Translations under genes and position numbers: made by a program | Shown here: positions 12,854 through 23,239 of the stretch, piece by piece | How the letters are laid out: every line of letters begins with the position of its first letter | How positions within the stretch are numbered: the stretch's first letter is position 1 | Notes under the pieces: generated by a model | Databases searched by the model: none | What the model saw: the letters and a program-made list of their open reading frames with translations, nothing else | Told to the model about the DNA's origin: nothing | Assembly: GCA_001244265.2 (NCBI GenBank) | Contig: CDLV01000010.1 | Location: forward strand, 496,001-560,000 | DNA: 64,000 nt | Direction: 5' to 3' | From: Microbotryum violaceum | Lineage: Eukaryota

Positions 12854-13737
12854 TCATGATAGTCGAGTGATGGCTTTGGGGTCTGTGTGATCGGAGAAGA
12901 TGGACAGGGAGTCAAGATTTTCAGAGAGGTTCGCGAGTCAGTGTTGACTCCGGGACGATGCAACACGGCGGCTGTCTAGTGCTAACCTAGCGGGTATCCA
13001 TTCGGATCAATACCTGACCCAGAAGGACAAAACCAAGAAGGTAAATAAGCACAAATTCCGAGTCATCTTCGAAAGCTCCCCAACCCAACCTCGCCGATCA
13101 CCTAAAGAACGTACCATTCCTCGCAAACATCCTATTGGTATGGATGACCCTCGCCTCGTCGAAGTTGCACCTCTTCTCCTCCATGATCCTTCGCACCTCC
13201 GTTAGAGTACGATCGTCCAATCCAGCACGAGAGTCACCGGCCATGTTGCCCGAGAGGTCAAAGGCCGCGGTGGAGAACCCTAGGGGTGGGGGAGTTTCCG
13301 AGAGAAGGGAGTCAGTCGTGTGCATAATACGGCAAGAGGATCGAGTTTGAAAGCGCACCTTGCTCAGCCGCATCCTCAAACGTCGACAAGGGGGCATAGT
13401 ACCGTAGTCGTGACGACAAGGCGGGCGGGAGGTGGTCGATGTACTTGGCGCGGAAGTGCCAGATCAGGAACAGACACACCATGATCAGGCCGAGGACAGA
13501 GAGCGTGTACAACCTGGGCGATTCCAAGGCATTGTTCAAGGGGTGATGAAGGATGAGGGGGTTGTCAGTGCATGCGACAAGAGTTAGCGGGCTTCATTTA
13601 CGCACGCCAGTGACGGACCCTGGCGCGGCAGGCTCGGGGGCTCGGCAACATGGGAACGTGTGGGCACGAACTGGGGACGAACTGGGGACGAACTGGGGAG
13701 AGAGACGACTGGGAGTGATACCGGTGGCGACTTACAT
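12854..13737 (-). CDS. Fungal DUF2015 small membrane-anchored protein, spliced
   Basis: Hydrophobic N-terminus, then STFEDAAEQGFSTAAFDLSGN..DSRAGLD..EVRRIM..NFDEAR..FARNGIDPNGYPLDPKAI*. Confidence 0.8.
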
Positions 13738-14210
13738 CTTCGGGCGATATCTTTTACCACAGATAGAGGGGTGATGACGACAAGTGACGAGGAGACGCGT
13801 AGGGAGAGAGAGAGACAGTCGAGAAGGGGGGTGACCCCCGACTACTACGCGCAGAGGAGGCGAGCAGAGGCGAGCTGGGTCACGTCATGCACAATGCTGC
13901 TTGCAGGCCCTCGGAGACTTCAGACGACTCTGTACATCTCCGAGAGGACTGCTAAGAGATCTTGGAACAAGTGTAGCGATTCGTAGCAGCACAAAAATCG
14001 TGGAACCTCTGGTACAACCCCAGGAAAAGTGAAAAAGGAAAACCGTATGCCACCAAGACACAGCACAGCAATCTCATCTCAGCCCCATCGCATGAGTCCA
14101 CAGAGAGCGGATCGGAACCATCGCAGCTGTGGAAGAATTGCATTAGTTGCCACGCGATCGGATCAGGCAACGCACCAAACATATTGCAGTAGTCCTTAGT
14201 GTTAGCGTTC

Positions 14211-17200
14211 TCATCCTTGTTCACTTTGACGGTATCGAACGATCAAAAGCTCCCGCCACAACAGGAAGACACGACTCGTACGGATCGCCGCCCTAAGCCA
14301 GTTCGGTCCCAACAGGCGCGGTGGAAAGATGCGGCAACAAAGGCGTACGGAAAACACAAGTAGAAAAGAGGAGAATGGCGAAAGAGCGCATCGCGAATGC
14401 CGAAGCGGTAGCCGAGCCGAGCGACCAAAATGATCTTGATCAAGCGGCGTCTTCGGGGCCGCTGCGTCCGTCTGTCTCGGGATCAGATAGGCGCGGTCTT
14501 TTACTCTCACCTGAAGGGAGTCGTTTAAGTCAGCTTTCTTCTTAAATGAATCCGAATTTGCTAGCGACCACTTACTCGTCGCGTCGTCATCGTCCCCAGG
14601 AGCATCGTCCTCATCCGTAACAGAGGCGTGAGCTCGCTTCCCACCTTCGCCAATGCTGGGTTTGACGGCGACTTCATCATAGTCGATGACGACACTGCCA
14701 TTCTTGGGTATTTCTACAGTGAGACACAAGTTCAAAGTCAGCAATTAGATACCTCAGGTTCGGACCGAACACAGACTGACCAGTCTTGTACTGAGGAAAT
14801 TCCTCCACGACCTGAGCTTCGGTCGTCCCTTTCACATTCTGTTCGGCTGTAGCCGCAGCAGCCTCGACAACAGCCTCTCGCTTGTCCAACGGAATCGCGG
14901 GTGGCTCGAAGCCGGTACCCTCGGGAGTATCATACGACAACTCGAGTGGCTCCGACCGCAACTCCGTGATCGACTTGGCTATCCATTCTTCCACTGCGAC
15001 AGGTTCATGACCGTTGACCGAATGACCATTGACTTCCTCACCAGTCGCCGTCATTGCTTCGCCATTCGCTTCTTCCACCTGGTCCTGGGCAAGCACGTAG
15101 TCCTTTTGCGCTCCCTCGACGACAGCAGCCAGGTCTTCGGCGTTTAGCTCCTCGTAGGCCTCCTCCTCCGCCTCTTCATCCTCAGCTGCCTCGTACACCT
15201 CAGATCCTTCCTCGGCCTCGCCGTATTCCTCGCCCCCCTCTGTCGTCTCGTGCCACTCTCTCTCATCGTAGGAAGAGCCCTCGGCCGCGGCTTCAGCTTC
15301 TTTTGGCACTACCTCTGCCTCTGCCTCTGCCTTTGCCTCTGCCTCTACCTCTGCCTCTGCCTCTGCCTCTGCCTCTGCCTCTGCCTCTGCCTCTGCCTCT
15401 GCCTCTGCCTCTGCCTCTGCCTCCTCTGCCTCTGCCTCTGCCTCTGCCTCTGCCTCTGCCTCTGCCTCTGCCTCCTCTGCCTCTGCCTCCTCTGCCTCTG
15501 CCTCTGCTCTGCCTCTGCCTCTGCCTCTGCCTCTGCCTCTGCCTCTGCCTTTGCCTCTGCCTCTACCTCTGCCTCTGCCTCGCCAGCCTCAACCTCTTCG
15601 AGCGCCTCCTCGTACGCTTCCTCCTTCTCCTCTTCTTCTCCACCCGCAGCAAGGGAATCTTCCCTCCCATCGGCCACGCGCATGATATGCTGCATCAACG
15701 CATTGAAGCCCGTCGGAAACCGCGGCCCCTCGCACTCGGCAAGCTTGACCAGCATCCGCCCCGGCAGTCCACAGCCGCTGTGGAGACGGTGGAAGTCGTA
15801 CAGGCTTACTTCTCGAGTATAGACGTTGTCCTATCGAACGATGAAGGGTACATGTTAGAATCGAGATGCACGACATGAAAGCCCCTGCCCCGGAACTTAC
15901 CTCTTGAAGGACGATGCCCAGACCGTCTATCTCGAGAGAGTATTCAGCTTGCGTTGATTCCAAGCCTGGCAGCGAGGCGTGCAACGCCTCGAACAGCGCC
16001 TCGATCTGCTCATAATACAGGTGATGGTCTTTGCGTTCGCCGAACAGAATCGGTAGGTCTTCAGCGTCTTGCCCATCTTCGACGACGGGTGCGGCTCGAA
16101 ACATTGTGTATCGGTCTTCGCCGAACTGCAGCAGGACCGTCGGTGCGAGCGGAGGTGGTGCTGGGCGAGGTGGTGCATCTGCCGTCTCCCCCTCTGCGAC
16201 TGATTCCTCCTCGGCGTCGTCGTCTTCACTGATCTGCAGTGCCGCCTCGTCGCCGAGTCCGAAGAATTCGAGCACGGCCTTGTCGATCAGCGGTCGCTTG
16301 AGTAAGCCACTCGACGCCCCAACGGCCTCGACGACCTTGACCGAGTTGATCTGTCGGACCTGTCCCCCGTTCCTCTGCTGCTGTTGCTCATCATCACCCT
16401 CACTCGTACTCCCACTCGCGTTCGAGGCCGAGGCCGAGGCCGAGACCGAGCGTGGTGGGACCGAATTGCGTTGCTCGGTCTCGACGATGATGTGCCCGTC
16501 CAGACCCTGGCGAATGATGACCTCGTTCTCTTGCTTGGCCACACCATCGACGTCGGGATCGTCCTCACTTTGTTGTCGTAGCTGTTGTTCCTGCACGATG
16601 CGGGTCGTGCCGGGCCCGAGGGCTTCGATCGCTTGGTCCTGCGTCTGCACGTCATCGGACGAGTGCTGGTGCTGCGAGGCGAGAGCTCTTTGAGGAACCA
16701 AGAGCGACTGCTGCGTTCCGTCCGCCAAGGGTGTCAGCAGCGACCGCGCGTCGCTCGTTTCATGGTCATTCGCGGTGAGCTGGGCGGGGTCGAACCCGGG
16801 CGTCGGAGAGACAATCGGAGCTGGATGGTCCATTCGGAGCGAGAACGGAGCGGAGGACAGCCGCGAAGGAGTGACGGCGGCGGCCGAGTGACCGAGGGCC
16901 GATAGTTGTAGTTCGTTGGAGCTGACATTGATCAGGGGAGGTGAAGAGAAGCCCGGGTGGAATGGGAGTGTGGGGGGTGCGATCGAGGTGTACGATGGGC
17001 CGGATGAGGATGAGGTGGAGGTGGAGGTGGAGACAGGGGAGGACGACGGCGGTGGTGAGTGAAAGAGCGTGTTGGGGGGCAGTGAGATGGGTTCCAAGCC
17101 GTTATCGTTGGCTGCCTCTGGCTCATCATCGGCATCCATGGCCGGGGTGGGTGTCGGTGCGAGCGAGTCGTCCAGCAGCATCAGCATCCCGTCGCCGTCC

Positions 17201-17376
17201 GTCGCCGCAGCACCACCGGCAGCCGTCCCCACCGCCACCGTCTGAGCCTCATCCTGCATCAGAGCATCGTCGTCACCCCCCTCCACGACCCCGTCGTCAT
17301 CTTCTCCATAGTCAATCTTCATCTCGGCTTCTTCGGGCGTGGGTGTGGGGGCGTCGTCGACGTGCATTCTCAACAT
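14211..17376 (-). CDS. Acidic low-complexity protein with a DUF2420-like core; C-terminus approximate; 1-bp frameshift in an internal repeat
   Basis: Core LEIDGLGIVLQE|DNVYTREVSLYDFHRL..VKL..PRF..FNAL resembles DUF2420 (recalled pattern); ORFs 15589-17661, 15345-15755, 14677-15309 and 14211-14744 are collinear. Confidence 0.6.
15311..15580. repeat. (CTCTGC)n hexanucleotide microsatellite, about 270 bp
   Basis: Directly visible; encodes (EA)n on the minus strand. Confidence 0.98.
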
Positions 17377-17763
17377 TTCGTTCTGGATGCTCAGTTTCGG
17401 GCACGTTCTCGCCAAAGTGACGTGTATGTAGCGCGGAAGTGAGAGTTGTCGGACGCGATCTAGACAGAGGTACACACGTCCAGAAATCGGTTCTTCCCTC
17501 GATGTCGCCCGTTGTGGCACGTAGCAGAGCTGTGTCGTAATCGAGTGCCGCAGTGGGCGAGGGGTAGGAGTGGGACGCGGGGAATCGCGACGCTCATCAA
17601 TTCGTTGCACCGTGGCCGATTTCCATGAGCGCTCACTAGGGTTCGCACTAAGATGGTTCAAAAAGGTGGAGTGGAGGTCAAAGACGCCGAAACAGGCAGA
17701 AACGTCCCTTGACTACAATGCAAAGATGCAATTACAAACACACCGTACCCCGAACTTCACCCT

Positions 17764-19854
17764 CTACCCGAAAATTCTGAGCGACCCAGCGTCGACATGC
17801 TCCGAAGCGGTCGCACCACTCCTCCCTGTCGAGACCTTGCTCGCTTCCTCGTCATTCGACTTGACTTGAGGGAACGAACGACCTAGCAGACTGGCAAATA
17901 GTTCGTCGACTTTCTCCTCGTGCCAACCACCTAGCGCAATGAGAAAGGCCGAATTAGCTCCAGATGCGAGAGAGACGAACGTATGTAGATCTTAGCTTAC
18001 CAGCTTCGATCGGAACCATGAAATTCTGCAACTTGTCATGAACATGGTACCGAATCTTGCGGCCTTTACTCGCACGAGTATCGACGACCTTCTTCTGCTT
18101 CTTGCTCCTCGCCGTCGCCTGGCGCAGACTCTCCAAAGTAGGGTCGTCTGTGCACCGGTCCAAAACCGGTCAGAACACTCCGTTCGAAGCAAGTCCGGAC
18201 GAGACCCCGAGGGGAACAACGCACCAAGATCGAGCATCCTGCTCTCAATCACATCCCTCAACAGTTGTTGATAGAAATCACCATCGTCAAACACCTCTTC
18301 GTCCACGGGCGTCTTCTCCCCCTCCAACGTCCCCAAATCAGCTTGTCCCACAACAGCTCGATCAGTCGTCCTTCTCAACCGAGTCCTCTTGACGAGCCGT
18401 TCACGTTCCAGTGGTCCGAGCGCATGGTCTATTTGCGCCATAGCGTTTTGGTTCACGGCTTTGAATTTCTTGTCTTTGCCGAGGGCGAGACCGGAGGCGG
18501 CGAGGACTTTGTCAGACCATTTGGTGATGGTCGTGCGGAGAAAGGGCTCGAGGCTGGTGGGGGGTTGACGATCAGGAGTCAATCATGGGGTTTTACTTGG
18601 GCAGGCGGAAGACGAATACTGTGCTCACGCGGTCTCGATCGCGGCCAGGTCCTTGACCGTCGCAGCAAGGTACTCCTGCGCCGAGTCGGGGTTGCGGTGA
18701 CGTTTCCTCGATTGCCCGAGGTTTGTCGGGAGTTGGATCTGGATCTGCTCTTTTCCCTTCAACATAGTCTACAAGCAAGTAGGTATGGTCAATGAGAAAT
18801 CAATGAGCAAAGGTAATTTCGCGCCACTCGAGCACGCCATGGCGACTCACACTCCGGAGCTTGAACAGTTCCTCATTCAGCGCCTCAACCTCAAGCCTAG
18901 CCCGTTCCCTCTCCTCCTCCACCTGCTGATAGTACATCTCGGCATTCGCCGGTCTTGGAAGCACGTTGATGGCAGTGACGGCCTTCTGCAACTTGATCCT
19001 CGACTCGAGCACGCTATCGCAGAACGAAAACTGCTTTTTGACGTCGATACCTTTTTCGATGTCGGCGTGGGCCGCAGTCCGGAGTTGCGAAATCATGGCT
19101 CGTTCATCGGCGGATTTGCCTTTGGTTATGGAGGACTTGGTTGAGGTTTTGAGGGCTGATGGTGGGGCTTGTTTGTTGCTTGTCGAGGCAATGGGGGCCA
19201 GGTGCTCCCCTTCATCGTCGTCGTCGTTGTCGTCCTGATCAGCCGAGGCGAATTCGTGCGAGTCCTCGGATCCGACGAGGTCGTCAAAGTCGTCGCCCCC
19301 GTCGTCATCTTGCTCGCTGTCTTCGTCTTCGTCATCCTCATTATGCCCCTCATCCTCTTCCTCCTCGCCACCAAACATGGTCCGCCTACTCCCCTTCTTG
19401 CCGTCATATTTCGAATCGACCAGCGCCTCGCCCTTCTTTCTCAACCCCCCGGGCCTGCGACCAATTGAATCGAATTTTCAGCCAGGGAGGATTTTTCCCA
19501 TAGAACCGAATCTGTCCGGGTCACGTACCCAACTGGTAAATACTCGGCTCGACCGGCTTCCAAATCGGCTGCTTGCTCGCCTTTGTTTCGCTCGTTCGCG
19601 TAGGTCGCATACGAGTCTTCGGGGTCGAAATCTGTTGAAAGTCGAACGGAATGGTCAGCTCCTCGGACTGGATTCTGATGCCCGGATCAAGAGCTGTGGA
19701 TGCTGGCTAACCTTGGGGTGCTGGCTCCGCGATCTGAGCGAGCTGGTCGGCCAAAGTCAGTCGTTCTGGAAAGCGGGGTCCAGGAGCAACAGCTCGAGAT
19801 CAGTCGCGGAACGGTGAGCGAAACTTTAATTTATCAGGTGCACTCACTCGACAT
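17764..19854 (-). CDS. BFR2: Bfr2/AATF ribosome biogenesis protein, spliced
   Basis: LADQLAQIAEPAPQDFDPED; DSKYDGKKGSR; LESRIKLQKAV; FDDGDFYQQLLRDVIE; VDTRASKGRKIRYHVHDKLQNFMVP; LRIFG*. Confidence 0.93.
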
Positions 19855-20043
19855 GGCGTGATGACCGAATCTAGTACGGGTTACGGGTGGGGTCGAGCTC
19901 GAGAAGCCGAGTTCGCGCCCCAGCTCGAACTTCGCAAGAAGCGCGACCACCCGCGCACGGACCGCTTCCTCGACCCGAGTTCCAGCGGCTTCCTCCCTCT
20001 CGACTCTTCCTGTCGTCCTCATCGCTGACGCTCACTCGCTACG

Positions 20044-20817
20044 ATGTCACCCTTCCAAAGTGCTCTCATCAGACGCATCACCGCCTCTTCCTGGGCATCG
20101 AGCTCGAGCGTCTCTCGATCGCGTCTCCCCGCCGTCCTGCTGCCGGTGCCGGTGCCGCTGTCGTCATCGTCCTCGCCCTCGTGCTCGTGCTCGTCCTGTC
20201 GTAGGAGGTCCTTCGATCCGCCCCGCTCCTTCTTCCACTCCTCCCTCCGTTCCTTGCAAGATCCTCCGGTCAAGACACCGATCGGTCAAATCCAACGCCG
20301 ACTGCAAATCACCTTCACCTGTACCGCACCCGTACCCATCACCGTACCCATCACTGTGCCCATCACTGTACCCGAAGCCGTACCCGAAGCCGTCCCCGCT
20401 CGAACCGAAGCTGAATCATCCGCAAAGCTCACGACGGAGGGGACGAAACCCAAGCTGGGCGTGTGCTCGCATCGAAGTAGTCATGAATTCAGTAAACAGG
20501 CTTACGAGAAGGGGTTGGTGTTGATCGAGTGTCCGGCGTGCAAGAATCGCCATTTGATCGGTGAGCACCTCCACTCGGGAACGCGCCTCGCCAAACCTCC
20601 TAAAAAGCTGATCTTTTGTCTCCCATCGCATTCAGCCGACCATCTCGAATGGTTCGCCACAACACCTTCCGCTGCGCACCCAGATGGACTGGGCTTCAAT
20701 TCCGATTCGACGACCAAGCGATCACGAACGATCGAGGATCTGATGAGGGAAAAGGGGGAGCAGGTCAAGTGGCTCAAGGGAGGGTCGCAGGGGGATACGT
20801 GGACTGTTGAAGGATGA
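20044..20817 (+). CDS. ZIM17: Mitochondrial DNL zinc-finger Hsp70 escort protein Zim17/Tim15 (one likely intron near 20561-20635)
   Basis: LQITFTC...[49 protein letters not shown]; Ser/Arg-rich presequence-like N-terminus. Confidence 0.9.
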   Translation: MSPFQSALIRRITASSWASSSSVSRSRLPAVLLPVPVPLSSSSSPSCSCSSCRRRSFDPPRSFFHSSLRSLQDPPVKTPIGQIQRRLQITFTCTAPVPITVPITVPITVPEAVPEAVPARTEAESSAKLTTEGTKPKLGVCSHRSSHEFSKQAYEKGLVLIECPACKNRHLIGEHLHSGTRLAKPPKKLIFCLPSHSADHLEWFATTPSAAHPDGLGFNSDSTTKRSRTIEDLMREKGEQVKWLKGGSQGDTWTVEG

Positions 20818-21006
20818 GGGGAGAGTAGACAGCGTGTGGAAGAGGTAGTCGTTCGAAGCTCTGTTGTATTTTGGCCAGTCACCACTTGCATGTCGAGGCG
20901 AGCTCGGTCGGCGAGAATGGCCGAGGTCGTCTGCCTCACCCGACTCGATTGGAGAGATGCTTCACTCGGTATTCTACCGATTCTATAATTGTCGCTCCAC
21001 ACTGCT

Positions 21007-22015
21007 CTACATCGTTTTCAAAGACCCTTCGCCCTTTTCTCCACCACCCTGACTCTTTTTTTCCTCCTCTTCCCTCATTTTGCCGAGGATCTTGGCGCCC
21101 AACTGCAGGCAGTCCACATCAGCTTCTTTTTTTTCTTTCACCTTCCAAAACAAACTCTTTCCCCGCGCCCCTACTCACATTCCTGATATTGATCTTGGCC
21201 CTGTCGATGCCCAGTTTTTCACTCCTCTGAAACGCGACTAGTGCCTCATTGAAATGACCCGTGGCTTCCAACACCGCCGCCAGATTGTAGCACACCTCAC
21301 CATCCTCCGGGTTATACGCCAGGGCGTGTTGCAGGTGTTGAAGCGCGAGTTGGGGTTGCGGGGGTTTGGACAGGATGTAGGCCGCGCCGAGGTTGGTGTG
21401 CGTATCGGCGGCGATCAGTTGGGCCGGGGTCAAGGGCTGTAAGGGGGTCGAGGGGTTCACGTCTTGGGTTGGGTTGGGGACGGAGGGGGAGAGCGAGAGC
21501 GATCGTTCAAAGGATTTGATGGCGTCGGGCAAGGAGGAGAGTTGATATCTGAGGTGGATGCAGTGTCGCGGGCAATCAGTGCGTAGATAGGCTTCAACAC
21601 CGCAAGAGGAGAACGAACTGGACGACGCCGAGATTGTAGTGCGCGATCGAGCTCTCCTTTATGCTCAAACTGTGCTGGTAGTGCCTGGCCGCCTCGTCGA
21701 GGTGACCGTGCTGCAAGGCGAGTGTGCCCTGATCGAGTGCCGCCTGGGCTTGGATTTCCTGAGGATCTTGCAGCGACGAGGCATCGGTCGAGGATGAGGC
21801 GTGGCCTGGGTGCGGGAGGAAAATGTTTTTTAGCACGATGAACGAGCTCTGCTGGTTTCAGAAGCCTTTTCCTCACGTGTCATAGTGCAAGTGCAAGAGG
21901 GGTAGAGACGAGCGGTCCAGGGGTTTGTGACGGGTCCACTCGTCTTCAGTCGGGCTACGATGGTCGAGGAACGCGCCAGGGATGTAATGTGTCGAGTTGC
22001 TGCGGCTCGAAGCAT
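21007..22015 (-). CDS. TPR-repeat protein, probably mitochondrial, spliced
   Basis: MLRAAATRHITSLARSS presequence-like start; TPR motifs AHYNLGV, THTNLGAAY, PEDGEVCYNLAAVLEATG. Confidence 0.75.
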
Positions 22016-22246
22016 GCTGGGGTGCACGAGGCGGTGCGTCAAAGAAGGAGCGCCGAGGTCGGATCAGCGCGATAGAGTCGATTTGACATCATCGCTTCAG
22101 CTTCTTTCAGCGTTTAGTTTTAGTTCAGTTTGTTTCAGCTTCGGCGGTTGCGATCGGCTCGATGCCGCTCAGCCCTTTTGACTCCTGACCACTTCTCACC
22201 TCACCTCGCACCCACTCTCGCCGCACCAGCCCACCCTCCCACGACC

Positions 22247-22914
22247 ATGTCCCTGTTCCGACTCGGCCAAGCGCTGCGAACACCTCGTGCATCCCTTCTC
22301 TCGTCCTCCACCTCGCTCGCCTCGACTCGCGTTCTCGCAAGTCCGTCATCGCTCGCTCGGCTCGGTCTTCTCCATCGCTCGCTTACCACAGAGGCCCGGC
22401 AGAAGATTGACAATGTACGCTTCAGAGTTAGCAAAGCTTGACTCTGTTCGACTGCACTCGCACTCGCACTCACCCCCCTCCTCCGCCCCTACGCCACAGG
22501 TCGTGCAATCCAACCCGCTCGTGCTCTTCATGAAAGGTACCCCCGACATGCCCCAATGCGGCTTCTCCCGCGCGGTCGTACAAATCCTCCAAGTGCAAGG
22601 CGTCGACTTGAGCAAGATCAAGGCGTTCAATTGCCTCGAGGACCAGGAGTTGAGGGAAGGGATCAAGGTCTATTCGTACGTTCCATCGCCGACGGAAACG
22701 CGCGCGAACAGCAGCGATTCCCTCCGAACTGATCGTTCTCTTGCACCTTCGTTCATTCCATAGCGAATGGCCCACGATCCCTCAGCTGTACGTCAAGGGC
22801 GAATTCGTCGGAGGCTGCGACATCGTGCTCGGCATGCACCAATCGGGCGAATTGGAGAAACTTTTGGCCGAACACAACCTCGTCGACGAACCCTTACCGA
22901 CACAGGGGGCTTGA
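22247..22914 (+). CDS. GRX5: Mitochondrial monothiol glutaredoxin
   Basis: [51 protein letters not shown]; two introns. Confidence 0.96.
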
Positions 22915-23239
22915 GTGAGAGCCGTGGGACGCTGCAATCTGAAACGTATACATTCATCGAGCGGGTCTCATCTTTACCGGAAACAACACCGCGAGAGGGG
23001 AACCCCAGCGAAGCAAATCATGACGCATCGATGTGAGATCTGCATTCTTACAACGCGTGATGCATAATCCGTACAACAAAAACAGGCAAATCGTATGAAC
23101 AGAAGTAAAGTGACAACAAGAAATCAGAAGAAGAAGAAAAAAACCCTTGCGATGTGACCCATCATACCCCCTCCGAGTTGCGAGCACGACTCGAGATGAT
23201 CTGCTCGTCCAAGCCATCGTCAGCTCGACCATCCCCCCG

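Noticed and set aside
15054..15878. Plus-strand poly-LP / poly-CL ORFs
   Set aside because: Antisense readings of the CTCTGC microsatellite inside a minus-strand gene.
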